From contig NZ_JBMFOX010000002.1 in the NCBI RefSeq assembly GCF_049969415.1, positions 41,467 through 105,466 on the forward strand: a stretch of 64,000 bases of DNA, read 5' to 3'. Positions 19,477 through 28,665 of the stretch are shown here, one piece after another. How positions within the stretch are numbered: position 1 is the stretch's first letter; each line of letters begins with the position of its first letter. The notes under the pieces were generated by a model. That model saw only the letters and a list, made by a program, of their open reading frames with translations, ran no database searches and was not told where the DNA came from. Origin of the DNA: Candidatus Hadarchaeum sp. Its GTDB lineage: Archaea; Hadarchaeota; Hadarchaeia; Hadarchaeales; Hadarchaeaceae. The translations under genes were made by a program, and so were the position numbers.

Positions 19477-20712
19477 ATGTCAGTCAGGATGCGCGGGTTC
19501 TCCCAGTACACTAGGCTTTCGGAGGCGCTCAAGGTAATACTCTCGAAAGTTCAACCGCTCGATCCGGAAAGCATACCTCTGGAAAAAGGATTAGGAAGCG
19601 TTCTAGCCGAGGACATTGTTTCCGAAGTGGATATTCCTCCATTTGACCGTTCCGCTGTCGATGGCTACGCAGTCAGGGCGGAGGATACCTTTGGGGCCAG
19701 CGCACAAAAGCCAGTAGAACTACGCGTGGTCGGCTCCGTTGAAATCGGCGTTCCGCCAAAGATTGGTCTGAAAAAAGGCGAGGCAGCGAAAATAATGACC
19801 GGCGCCGTGATGCCGCGCGGCTCTGACGCCGCGGTGATGGTTGAGAATACTAAGTTGGATGGTACTAGGCTTAAGGTTTTCGCGCCTGTAACCCCAGGTA
19901 AGAACGTCTCCGCCAGGGGTGAGGATGTCCGCGCTGGCGAGATCGCTTTGGCAAAGGGGCAGCTGCTCCGCCCGCCAGAGATAGGATTGTTGGCGGCGAT
20001 GGGCAAGTTAAGGATAAAAGTCGTTAGAAGACCTGTGGTCGGTGTCTTAGCCACAGGCAGTGAGCTGGTCGAGCCTGGGAAAAAACCGCCCCCAGCTAAG
20101 TTGGTCAACGCAAACACCCATTCATTATCTGCATGCGTTCAGAGCTGTGGCGCTGTGCCTAAGAGTTTAGGGATTGCTCCAGATGATCCTGAAGTTATCA
20201 AGACGATTCTACGCCGAAGCACTGTTTACGATATGGTCATCGTTTCTGGTGGCAGTTCCGTGGGGGAGAAGGATCTGGTTCCCGATGCCATAGCCGAAAC
20301 CGGTGAATTGCTTTTTCACGGAGTGGCAGCTCGACCCGGGAGCCCCTCGGGTTTTGGAATCGTTCGGGGAAAACCGGTTTTCGCTCTTTCAGGTTTCCCA
20401 GCGGCAGCGCTCGTGGGATTTGAGCTTCTGGTCAGACCGGCCCTTCTGGCGATGCAGTGTTTGCCGCCGGATTACGGTCGTTGCCGCATCCATGCTAAGC
20501 TGGCGCGCAAAGTTAGCTCCACCTTGGGTCGGCTGGAGGTGGTAAGAGTTAGCTTAAGGAGGGATAAGGGGGCAATTTTGGCCGAACCGATAGCGATAAC
20601 GGGCTCCAGCGCTTTCAGCTCCCTGACCCGGGCCGATGGGTATGTCATGGTGCCGGAAAACGTTGAGAGGCTTGAGGCAGGGCAAGAGGTCGAGGTGGTG
20701 CTGTACTCTTAG
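19477..20712 (+). CDS. moeA: Molybdopterin molybdo/tungstotransferase MoeA (paralogue 1)
   Basis: PPFDRSAVDGYAV, IMTGA, TGSEL, SGGSSVG. Confidence 0.95.
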   Translation: MSVRMRGFSQYTRLSEALKVILSKVQPLDPESIPLEKGLGSVLAEDIVSEVDIPPFDRSAVDGYAVRAEDTFGASAQKPVELRVVGSVEIGVPPKIGLKKGEAAKIMTGAVMPRGSDAAVMVENTKLDGTRLKVFAPVTPGKNVSARGEDVRAGEIALAKGQLLRPPEIGLLAAMGKLRIKVVRRPVVGVLATGSELVEPGKKPPPAKLVNANTHSLSACVQSCGAVPKSLGIAPDDPEVIKTILRRSTVYDMVIVSGGSSVGEKDLVPDAIAETGELLFHGVAARPGSPSGFGIVRGKPVFALSGFPAAALVGFELLVRPALLAMQCLPPDYGRCRIHAKLARKVSSTLGRLEVVRVSLRRDKGAILAEPIAITGSSAFSSLTRADGYVMVPENVERLEAGQEVEVVLYS

Positions 20713-20714
20713 GA

Positions 20715-21761
20715 TTAGATAAGCGGCTTGAGTTCCGGCGAGGATTGGAATACAAATCCCGGCGTGTTTTCCACTTCCCACCATGGAAGCATTTGGTAAA
20801 AGATGTTATAGTTACCGAACTGAACTCTCCAAACAGGATAGGTTGATACGTTCGTGGTCACTGCGGAGGCTTGGATTTTTGCGTCTGAGGGTATGGCCAC
20901 GATCAAGTTATCACTGACCTGGCTCCATGTTCTCGATCTCAGATGTTTGAGCACCGCTTCTGGTGAGTACAGCCAGCCGGTCAGATAAGCGTTGTCTGGT
21001 GAGGGACAGGAAATCCAGGAAAAGTTGTCCTTAAGTTCAACATTTTCCAGAAGTTCCACAACCCACCAGTTTTCGATAGCCCCGACCTTGGTTAGATTTT
21101 CCCTGCCTTCGGCGCGATTGATGGTAGTTTCGTCACCTTTCCTGATTTTTATCAGAATTGAGTCTGTATTTTCCCACACGTACGATACCACGATGACGTT
21201 TTCTCCTGAATGTGATCCCAAGGCGTTGAAGTAGGCTGCGGCTATGGCAGCGGCCTCTTTGGGAAACTGCTTGGAGAAGTGATAAAATTCGGGGGGCTCG
21301 GTGGGGGTGATTTTAACCACTTTTTCCGCCTTGGCCTCGATCGGTGAGGCGCTGGCGATGATCACATCACCATTGAACATGAAATAGACTTGGCCTCCGG
21401 GCGAGAATTTCCCGTCCTCTACAAGAATGGTCGAGTTAACTACGGCTGAATAAGAGGAACCCGACCTCCTTCCAGCCAAAATGCTCACCACAAAGATGCT
21501 GTTTTCCTTTACGCTTATGGAGTAGGTACTGCCCCCCAAGTACTCGGGTAGATTGATCGAGTGCAGGCCGCCTGATATTGAGGCAAAGGCGGTTTTGGCC
21601 AGTTCATCCGCGAGCGATTCAGCCTGCTGGTCAACCAAGGCGTTAAGCTGCTGGTCGTAGACAAAAAGGAACAGAGCGGCGAAAAGGATGGCCAGAATTG
21701 CGCCGAACAGTATTATCAGAGGAAGGTTGTGAGCGCCCTTTTCCTCAAGTTTTGCCGACAT
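20715..21761 (-). CDS. Surface protein with probable class III (pilin-type) signal peptide
   Basis: MSAKLEEKG|AHNLP followed by a long hydrophobic stretch. Confidence 0.6.
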   Translation of the reverse strand: MSAKLEEKGAHNLPLIILFGAILAILFAALFLFVYDQQLNALVDQQAESLADELAKTAFASISGGLHSINLPEYLGGSTYSISVKENSIFVVSILAGRRSGSSYSAVVNSTILVEDGKFSPGGQVYFMFNGDVIIASASPIEAKAEKVVKITPTEPPEFYHFSKQFPKEAAAIAAAYFNALGSHSGENVIVVSYVWENTDSILIKIRKGDETTINRAEGRENLTKVGAIENWWVVELLENVELKDNFSWISCPSPDNAYLTGWLYSPEAVLKHLRSRTWSQVSDNLIVAIPSDAKIQASAVTTNVSTYPVWRVQFGNYNIFYQMLPWWEVENTPGFVFQSSPELKPLI

Positions 21762-22110
21762 ACACCCCCTCCTCAACACGGCGAATGATAAGGTTTAAAT
21801 TTTGCCCGCTGTAGACCGGCCCGCTAACCGGAATGCCTACGGGAAAACTCTTTGCAACACCGCCGATTTTAATCGATACTGCGTTGTCAGAGAAGCTGAG
21901 TTCACAGCCAGCCGGAACGAAGATCTGGATATATTCAATCGACCCCACGTCCTGAGCCGCCATGGCTTGGATTCTTTCAGCTAGGAGTTGGGCTCGGTAC
22001 TCAAATTCCCTCTCCGCAGCCCCTTGCTGGTAGCTGAAATACATGGTGAAGCCAATGCCAATGAAAACGGCAGCGAGAACGGCCATGGCTAGGTAGTCTA
22101 GGGCCTCCAT
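21745..22110 (-). CDS. Small pilin-like membrane-anchored protein
   Basis: MEALDYLAMAVLAAVFIGIG hydrophobic N-terminus, helix, then beta-rich domain. Confidence 0.55.
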   Translation of the reverse strand: MEALDYLAMAVLAAVFIGIGFTMYFSYQQGAAEREFEYRAQLLAERIQAMAAQDVGSIEYIQIFVPAGCELSFSDNAVSIKIGGVAKSFPVGIPVSGPVYSGQNLNLIIRRVEEGVYVGKT

Positions 22111-22339
22111 GCGATCAAAGTTAATCTCGTCAAATGTTCTAAAAGGGTTAATGTGATTTCCAATTTTGTCGGCCATTCGGTTTGGTGAAGTTTGGCCAAG
22201 ACCTAATGAAGCTGTGAAATCATCTTAACTCTAGGCGAGATGGACCCAGCATGTTGAAAAATAATGTGTAAGAAGAGTTTAGTTCGCCCGACCAGAAATA
22301 AAAATAAGATTCAAGAGCTTACTCAAAATTGTGGTTGGG

Positions 22340-22864
22340 ATGGAAGCCATTGAGGCCATTCGGTTGCGGAGGTCGATCAGGTCGTATGAAAGGAGACCGG
22401 TCCCGAGGGATAAAATTGAAAAAATTCTAGAGGCCGCCCGTTTAGCACCTTCAGCGAAGAATGTTCAGCCTTGGTACTTCGTTGTGGTAACCGATGACGA
22501 GAAGAGGGAGAAGATCGCTAAAAGCGGCAGGTTCGCCGGCTTTATCAAGGAGGCCCCGGTTGTGATTGTGGGCTGCGGTGATACCAAGGCCTCGCCAAAG
22601 TGGCACGTGGTCGACGTTTCCATCGCGATGCAGAATATGGTCATCGCGGCCACGGCGGAGGGATTAGGGACCTGCTGGGTGGGCAGTTTTGACGAGCTTT
22701 TGGTTAAGGATATTTTGAAAATCCCGGAACACTACAAGGTGGTTGCCCTTCTGGCGTTGGGTTATCCTCGCAAAAAATTTGACTTGACGGCAAAGCTGCT
22801 CCACTTCACCCGCAGAAAGAAGCATTTAGATCAGATTGCAGGATTCGAGGAGTTCCAAGGCTGA
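22340..22864 (+). CDS. Nitroreductase family protein
   Basis: RRSIRSY, APSAKNVQPW, GLGTCWVG, LGYP. Confidence 0.92.
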   Translation: MEAIEAIRLRRSIRSYERRPVPRDKIEKILEAARLAPSAKNVQPWYFVVVTDDEKREKIAKSGRFAGFIKEAPVVIVGCGDTKASPKWHVVDVSIAMQNMVIAATAEGLGTCWVGSFDELLVKDILKIPEHYKVVALLALGYPRKKFDLTAKLLHFTRRKKHLDQIAGFEEFQG

Positions 22865-22877
22865 TTTAAGAATATAA

Positions 22878-24476
22878 TTAACCGCTCGGGCCGCTTGGTG
22901 GATTGTCGTTATCTTCATCGGCCCAGGCGTACTTTCGCTGTAACGTCTTGGGATAGTATTTCCTCCAGTCGTATCCAACCTTCTTGGCCCAGCTAACGAA
23001 GGCCCGGGGATCGATGTAGCTCTTGAGCGAGGTCCCGAGATTGTAATCTTTGGTGGCGGTCGCGAGCTCCACCTTCAGCTTGGCTTCCTTTATCTTTTCT
23101 TTTAGTTTTTTTATCTGTTTTTCACGCGCAGCCGTTTTCGGTTTTTTCATGACTTCTTCCAGTTTGGTTTCAAGCGTCCTTACCCTCTCCTTCTTTTTTT
23201 CTAGCGAGGTCTCCCAGTTTTTCGGAAGCTTCCTCTTGTGGTTGCAGGTGATTGCCGCTTCGAGGTTGGCCAAGGTGGCCACATATTTCTTTTTGAATTC
23301 AGGGTCCTCGGGTTTCACCTTGCTCTTGTTAAGACACTCCCGGACCACCTTGGTGGCATGGTAGGTTCGGAAAACCTTGGCCGTCAACCATGGGGCCACC
23401 TCGCCCAGAAAATCATTTACCATCTCCGAGCGGATGCCGTCGAAGATTGGTTCGTCGGGTCCCTTGATAAATGACTTCAGGTTTCTGATGACGACGGGCG
23501 GGGGCTTGATGCTTTTGGTCCACCTCACGGCGTCCTTCCCCAAAAAATCGAATTTCACCGTGTTCGAGTCCTCGAATTGAACGTGACAGCCCCGCAGGGT
23601 TGTGGCGCCCACAGTGTCGGCCTCATCCTCATCCTTTTCATCACCCACTCTCATCTTCAGCGTATCGATAAGATAGGCAACGGTAGCTATTTTGCGGCGC
23701 ATGATATCTTCCGATTCCAGATTTTCGTTTATGTGCTTCCGGACCTTGTCGATGCTTTTTTCCAGTTCATTGGCCTTGTCGAACTTGTCCTTCTCCCGCT
23801 CCTGTTTGAAAAAGGCGCTGTCAGCCACCCAGACGTATTTCAGTTCGCCGGTCAGCTTGTCTCTCCACTTGGCAATCCAGAGCGACTCGGGTTCGAAGAC
23901 CCTGCCCCCCCAGCTATGCTCGGGAGGAGTTTCTGGCGTTGGTGCGTCATCTGAGAGATTAAGGATGATATCTTCATAAGTTACCCTTGGTTTCCACCTG
24001 CCGCGTAGCGGGTGCAATCCCCGCCCCACGAAGATGCAAGGAGGCTCCACGGTATAGTTGGCGATTTCCACTAGTTGGCCGTTTACTTCGGCGTATCCAT
24101 ACTTTTGTTTGTTTTCCTCCTTGGCTTTCTTCCTCGCTTCGGCGAGCTTCTTTTTTTCCTCGCGGCTCATGCTTTCTTTTTTTGCCTTTTCGCTTTCGGC
24201 CCAGCGGATAATCTCAGAGAAGTCGAACTCCTCAATAGGAACGGGATCTTTGAAGCCAAGGGCCTTTGAGAAATCTTCGCCGAAGTTTTTCACAAAAACC
24301 GGGTCCTTAACGTAATCAGTTCCCAGCTTTTTGACCCAGGCCACGGCCATCTCTTCCTGTTCTGGGGTCAGCTTTATTGTTTTTCCCCTCCACCTAATGG
24401 AGAACCCCTTTGGCTCGTAGCTGGGGATGATGACTCCGTTGTGCCGCAGCCTTTCTATTTTGAACTCCGGCGCCAT
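22878..24476 (-). CDS. DNA topoisomerase IB (eukaryote-like)
   Basis: L.HNG, EPP..F.GRG.HP.RG, MRVGDEKD, DTVG..TLR, FDFLGKD, KVFRTY, CNH, TSLKSYIDPR: full catalytic R/K/R/H/Y set. Confidence 0.96.
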   Translation of the reverse strand: MAPEFKIERLRHNGVIIPSYEPKGFSIRWRGKTIKLTPEQEEMAVAWVKKLGTDYVKDPVFVKNFGEDFSKALGFKDPVPIEEFDFSEIIRWAESEKAKKESMSREEKKKLAEARKKAKEENKQKYGYAEVNGQLVEIANYTVEPPCIFVGRGLHPLRGRWKPRVTYEDIILNLSDDAPTPETPPEHSWGGRVFEPESLWIAKWRDKLTGELKYVWVADSAFFKQEREKDKFDKANELEKSIDKVRKHINENLESEDIMRRKIATVAYLIDTLKMRVGDEKDEDEADTVGATTLRGCHVQFEDSNTVKFDFLGKDAVRWTKSIKPPPVVIRNLKSFIKGPDEPIFDGIRSEMVNDFLGEVAPWLTAKVFRTYHATKVVRECLNKSKVKPEDPEFKKKYVATLANLEAAITCNHKRKLPKNWETSLEKKKERVRTLETKLEEVMKKPKTAAREKQIKKLKEKIKEAKLKVELATATKDYNLGTSLKSYIDPRAFVSWAKKVGYDWRKYYPKTLQRKYAWADEDNDNPPSGPSG

Positions 24477-24598
24477 ATTATCAACTTATCTTAAACTAAT
24501 CTTGAGGTATAAAAAACTGATTTCGGAATTTGCGGTTTTAGATTTCGTTACCAACACGCTATTTATAGTGGGAGACCATAAAGAAATCAGGCATATAT

Positions 24599-25057
24599 AT
24601 GGAACCAGCGACTGAAAGTGCTTCGGCACAAACGGTTAAGGTAAAAGATCTCACGCCGCAGTCAAGGCGAGTGAACCTCGTGGTTAAGGTGATTGGCGTG
24701 GGAGAGCCCAAGGAAATACCGGGCAGATTCGGTGGAGAACCAAAAAAGGTAGCCGACGCTCAGGTCGGGGACGAGACGGGCACGATCCTGCTCTCGCTTT
24801 GGCAGGAGCAGATCGGGTCGGTATGTGAAGGGGATGTTTTGTCGATAGAAAATGGCTACGTATCTCTGGTGCAGGGCCACATGCGCCTGAACATAGGCAA
24901 ATACGGAAAGATGACGAAGACGGATCAGGAGATGAAAGAGGTTAACACTGAAGTGGACCTCAGTGCCGCGGAGCACCCACGAGAAAGCAGACCGTTTAGA
25001 CCGAGGCGCGGCGGTTATCAAAGCCGCGGACGTTACGGCGGTAGCCGGAGATTCTGA
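24599..25057 (+). CDS. ssb: Single-OB-fold single-stranded DNA-binding protein with Arg/Gly-rich tail
   Basis: VNLVVKV, VGDETG.I.LSLW, IENGY, LNIGKYG. Confidence 0.88.
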   Translation: MEPATESASAQTVKVKDLTPQSRRVNLVVKVIGVGEPKEIPGRFGGEPKKVADAQVGDETGTILLSLWQEQIGSVCEGDVLSIENGYVSLVQGHMRLNIGKYGKMTKTDQEMKEVNTEVDLSAAEHPRESRPFRPRRGGYQSRGRYGGSRRF

Positions 25058-25105
25058 GCACTTTAAAGGAGAACCTCACCTATCGGGCTTTTAGCAGGTA
25101 GGCTT

Positions 25106-25522
25106 TCAGAAGACCTCAACTCTGCCGTCACCGCTGACGAAGATGATAAAGTCCTTAAGGGCCTTTCTGCGTCTGAGGCCAGATGTCCCGAGGACCTTGG
25201 TTATCAGCCTTACGATTTCGGAGTAATCGTGAGATATCTTAATTTTCTTTACATCAGCTTCGTGAAAAACTTTTTCTGAAATTTCGTACACGTTGGAACC
25301 AGCCTTGGCTTCTATTTTTATGGGCCAGTCTATCATCTCAATTAACTTCAGCGTGTTTTTGGATTTCCTAATGTTCTCCTCGGCGGTTTTGGCTATTGAG
25401 CTAACGTTGGCCCGGGTTGTGTGCAGTTCTCGGGCGATCTCGCTGAGGCTTTTACCGGCTATCCTCATCTTGAGAATTTCAAACTGTTTTTTGGTCAGGT
25501 GGGTTTTTTCTAGGTCAATCAT
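25106..25522 (-). CDS. tfx: Tfx-family DNA-binding protein
   Basis: THLTKKQFEILKMR..GKS..EIARELHTTRANVS..AEENIRKS..T. Confidence 0.85.
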   Translation of the reverse strand: MIDLEKTHLTKKQFEILKMRIAGKSLSEIARELHTTRANVSSIAKTAEENIRKSKNTLKLIEMIDWPIKIEAKAGSNVYEISEKVFHEADVKKIKISHDYSEIVRLITKVLGTSGLRRRKALKDFIIFVSGDGRVEVF

Positions 25523-25614
25523 CTCGAACTCTCACGTTTTCTTTGGTTTTGCTTTTTTAATGTTTTACTTAACCGCCGCACTTGTTTTTAATAAGCCGCG
25601 TTAGAATCAATATC

Positions 25615-26187
25615 GTGATCGGTGCGGTTATCTTGGGTGCGGGTGAATCGAGGCGGATGGGGACCCAGAAGCTGTTAATCGAGATAAGGGAAAAACCAAT
25701 GCTGGGATGGGTGGTAAGCTCCTTTCAGCAGGCAGTGGATGATATCGTGGTCGTCTTAGGACACAGGCCGGAAGTTCTTATCCCGCTTCTTAGGCAGCTG
25801 GGCGTTAAGTGGACGATTAATGTCAATTATCGGGATGGAATGATCACTTCGATTAAGGAAGGCCTGAAAATGCTGAAGGAATGCGATGCCGTTTTCGTGG
25901 CCCTGGGCGATCAGCCGTTGGTCGATGTTGACTTTCTGAAGAAGGCGATAGAAACTTGGAGAAAGGGGGCCAGAATAGTTTGTCCCATTGTCCGTGGTAA
26001 AAAGGGTCACCCCGTGTTATTCGATAAGAGTTTGTTTGACGAGATTTTGGCGCTGAGCAAAGACCAGTTCCTTAGGGACGTGATCCATAGGCACAAGGAT
26101 GAGCTGAAGACTATAGAAGCGGAGGAGTGGGCAATCACCGATATTGACACGCCGGAGGGCCTTGAGGCCTTTAAAAGGAAATTTTAA
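25615..26187 (+). CDS. MocA-like molybdenum cofactor cytidylyltransferase
   Basis: LGAGESRRMG.QKLL, GMITS, LGDQP, GHPVLF, DIDTP; next to an XdhC gene. Confidence 0.85.
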   Translation: MIGAVILGAGESRRMGTQKLLIEIREKPMLGWVVSSFQQAVDDIVVVLGHRPEVLIPLLRQLGVKWTINVNYRDGMITSIKEGLKMLKECDAVFVALGDQPLVDVDFLKKAIETWRKGARIVCPIVRGKKGHPVLFDKSLFDEILALSKDQFLRDVIHRHKDELKTIEAEEWAITDIDTPEGLEAFKRKF

Positions 26188-26965
26188 GACTGTTTCCGGT
26201 GGCGCCGGGCTTTCTGCGTTCCTTTATTATCTCAGCCATGATGCTGACGGCGATTTCCTCAGGAGTTTCAGCGCCTATGTCTAACCCGACCGGAGTATGT
26301 ACCGTTTTAACTTTATCCTCGGCAAAACCCTCTTCGATTAATTTTTTCAGAGTCACCGCTGCCTTTCTCTTGCTTCCGACCATCCCGATGTAAGTCGCGT
26401 TGGAGTTAATCACTGCCTTTAGGGCGTCCTCATCGTATTTGTGACCAGTAGCGATGACAACGTAAGTTTGTCTCGTAATCTCGACCATTTTCACACCGTT
26501 TTCCACAGGTTCTGGGATGACCTTAACGTATTCCGGTAAGTTTTCCTTTTTCACAGCCGGGTCGATAACGGTAACCTCAAAACCGATATCGTGGCCAAGC
26601 TTGGCTAGCTGGGCGCCGATGTTACCGCCGCCGATTATCAACAGCTTGGGTCTCGGGTTAATGACCTCGATATAGACTTCAGCCATTCCGCCGCATTTCA
26701 TCCCGATGCCACCTAGTTCCTCCTCCTTCAGGGCTACGGTGAATGTTTTCGGCTTGCCCTCCTTTAGAGCCTCGAGGGCCTCGGCCACCGCACCCGCCTC
26801 CACGCAGTCCCCGCCGATGGTCCCAAATGTTTTGCCGTCTGGTAGGACGATCATCCTCGCCCCGGCCTTTCTGGGCGTGGAGCCCTCGGTCTTAACTATA
26901 GTCACTACTGCGAAGGTCTCGCCTTTTTCCAAAAGTTCGTTGATTTTTCTATAAATCTCGTGCAT
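26171..26965 (-). CDS. xdhC: XdhC/CoxI family xanthine dehydrogenase maturation factor
   Basis: GSTPRKAGA, GTIGG.CVE, CGG, YIGMVGS, PVGLDIGAETPEEIAVSIMAEII. Confidence 0.93.
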   Translation of the reverse strand: MHEIYRKINELLEKGETFAVVTIVKTEGSTPRKAGARMIVLPDGKTFGTIGGDCVEAGAVAEALEALKEGKPKTFTVALKEEELGGIGMKCGGMAEVYIEVINPRPKLLIIGGGNIGAQLAKLGHDIGFEVTVIDPAVKKENLPEYVKVIPEPVENGVKMVEITRQTYVVIATGHKYDEDALKAVINSNATYIGMVGSKRKAAVTLKKLIEEGFAEDKVKTVHTPVGLDIGAETPEEIAVSIMAEIIKERRKPGATGNSLKISF

Positions 26966-27016
26966 AGTGGCAAATTTAGTTTCTTAACGGGCTATTTAAT
27001 CATTTGCCGTTTAAAT

Positions 27017-27547
27017 CTAGATTTTTCTTTTGGTTGCTCCTCGCATGTACCCACCGTGTAGGGCGTGAACGTCCATGATGGTGTAGAATGCCTTTTTGTC
27101 GTTGGCTTCGAGGGTTTTTAAGAAGCGGTGGGTATCCCTTCTTCTCAACACGATGTTATAAACGAATTCCGTTCCCTTCAGCCCTTCTCCCTCTATCACC
27201 GTCACCCCGAATCCGTGTTTCCTGAGAACGTCGGCAAGCTTGGTCCTTTTTTGGCTTGGGACAACGTAGGCAAAGCAGTAGCCCATTGCAATTTTCTCCT
27301 CCAGATAACTGCCGAGGTAATTTCCCGAGGCAAAGCCTAAGGCAAATGCGACGATGTAATACCATCGGTCCAGCTGGGTTATTACCCGGCTCACGGCCAG
27401 CACCCAGACCATTATCTCAAAGAAGGCTGAGAAGGCCGCTATGCCTCTTCTCCCCCTGATTAGAAGGATGGTGCGAAGGGTTCCCATTGAGACATCGGTC
27501 AGCCTGGCAAAGAAAATCAGCAGTGTCCACAGAATTGCCTCTTCCAT
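27017..27547 (-). CDS. UPF0316/DUF2179-family membrane protein
   Basis: IFFARLTDVSMGTLR, FFEIMVW, GFASGNYLG, GFGVT..EGEG. Confidence 0.85.
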   Translation of the reverse strand: MEEAILWTLLIFFARLTDVSMGTLRTILLIRGRRGIAAFSAFFEIMVWVLAVSRVITQLDRWYYIVAFALGFASGNYLGSYLEEKIAMGYCFAYVVPSQKRTKLADVLRKHGFGVTVIEGEGLKGTEFVYNIVLRRRDTHRFLKTLEANDKKAFYTIMDVHALHGGYMRGATKRKI

Positions 27548-27572
27548 GATTTCACCAACTGTTCAGTTAGTT

Positions 27573-28661
27573 TTAATACCTAATGGCGCGCGTGGGGCAA
27601 ACTGACACACAGAGGCCGCATTGGTAGCACCTAGCTGCGTCGACCTTTGCCACCTTACCGATAACCTTGATGGCGTTGTAGGGGCAGTGCCTCTCACAGA
27701 GCCCGCAGGCGGTGCATTTTGAGTTAATGACTTCGACTGGTTTCGGTGTCACGCGCAGAGGCTGCTCCGGGAGATGCCGCAGCGCTATGCCCTTGATGTC
27801 GTTTATGGTGTTGTAGCCCTTTGCCCTCATGAACTTGGCCATTTCATCGGCAATTATGCCGTAGATTTTATGCCCTCGAATAATCGCGGCGGTGCAGAGC
27901 TGCACCGCGGAGGCCCCGACCATGATGAACTCGATGGCATCCCTCCCGGAGGTAATTCCTCCAACACCGATTACCGGTATCTTGACCGCACGAGCTATGT
28001 CGGCCACGCATCGCACGGCCAGAGGCTTTATGGCCTGGCCTGAGAGCCAACCGTAACCATGGGGGCTCCCCAGCATAGGCATGGCGTTTTCTATTTCTAT
28101 GGCGAGGCATGGGCCCAAAGTGTTGATCGCGACAATGGCGTCCGCCCCTGCTTTTTCCGCCGCTTTGGCAAACTGACCGATGTCGAGAACATTCGGGCTG
28201 AGTTTGACGAAGACAGGTATGTTGACCACTTCCTTGGCAGACTTTACGGCCTCCGCGACTGGCGCCGGGTCGTTGCCGAGATAGTGGGTGGAAAGTTCCA
28301 GTGCGTCGACACCTGCCGCCGCTACCTTGGGCGCGAGTTCTCTGATTTCCTCGGGCTTGTAACCAATGCTTGCGATTAACGGCACGCCTGCCTGCTTGGC
28401 CTTTTTGTATTCCACCTTCAACCACTGTTCCAACGGTAAATCAGACCAGAGTTCAGCGTTTAGTATGCTGTCCTTTATCTTCACAATACAGGGACGAGGC
28501 ACTTGGGCCGGGGTGAGGCTCACGGTTTTGGCTACGAGTCCGCCGGCTCCTCCCTCCACGGCCAAGAGCATGCTGTTAGCATCGCGCACAGTGGGACCGG
28601 CGGCGGGCATTATCGGGTTCTTGAATTTCAACCCGCAGATTTCAACGGAGAGATCCACCAT
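27573..28661 (-). CDS. Dihydroorotate/dihydropyrimidine dehydrogenase-family flavoprotein with C-terminal 2x[4Fe-4S] ferredoxin (PreA-like)
   Basis: KNPIMPAAGP, KLSPN, INT, GWLSG..IKP, IGVGGI, two CxxCxxCxxxCP motifs. Confidence 0.85.
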   Translation of the reverse strand: MVDLSVEICGLKFKNPIMPAAGPTVRDANSMLLAVEGGAGGLVAKTVSLTPAQVPRPCIVKIKDSILNAELWSDLPLEQWLKVEYKKAKQAGVPLIASIGYKPEEIRELAPKVAAAGVDALELSTHYLGNDPAPVAEAVKSAKEVVNIPVFVKLSPNVLDIGQFAKAAEKAGADAIVAINTLGPCLAIEIENAMPMLGSPHGYGWLSGQAIKPLAVRCVADIARAVKIPVIGVGGITSGRDAIEFIMVGASAVQLCTAAIIRGHKIYGIIADEMAKFMRAKGYNTINDIKGIALRHLPEQPLRVTPKPVEVINSKCTACGLCERHCPYNAIKVIGKVAKVDAARCYQCGLCVSVCPTRAIRY

Positions 28662-28665
28662 CTTC

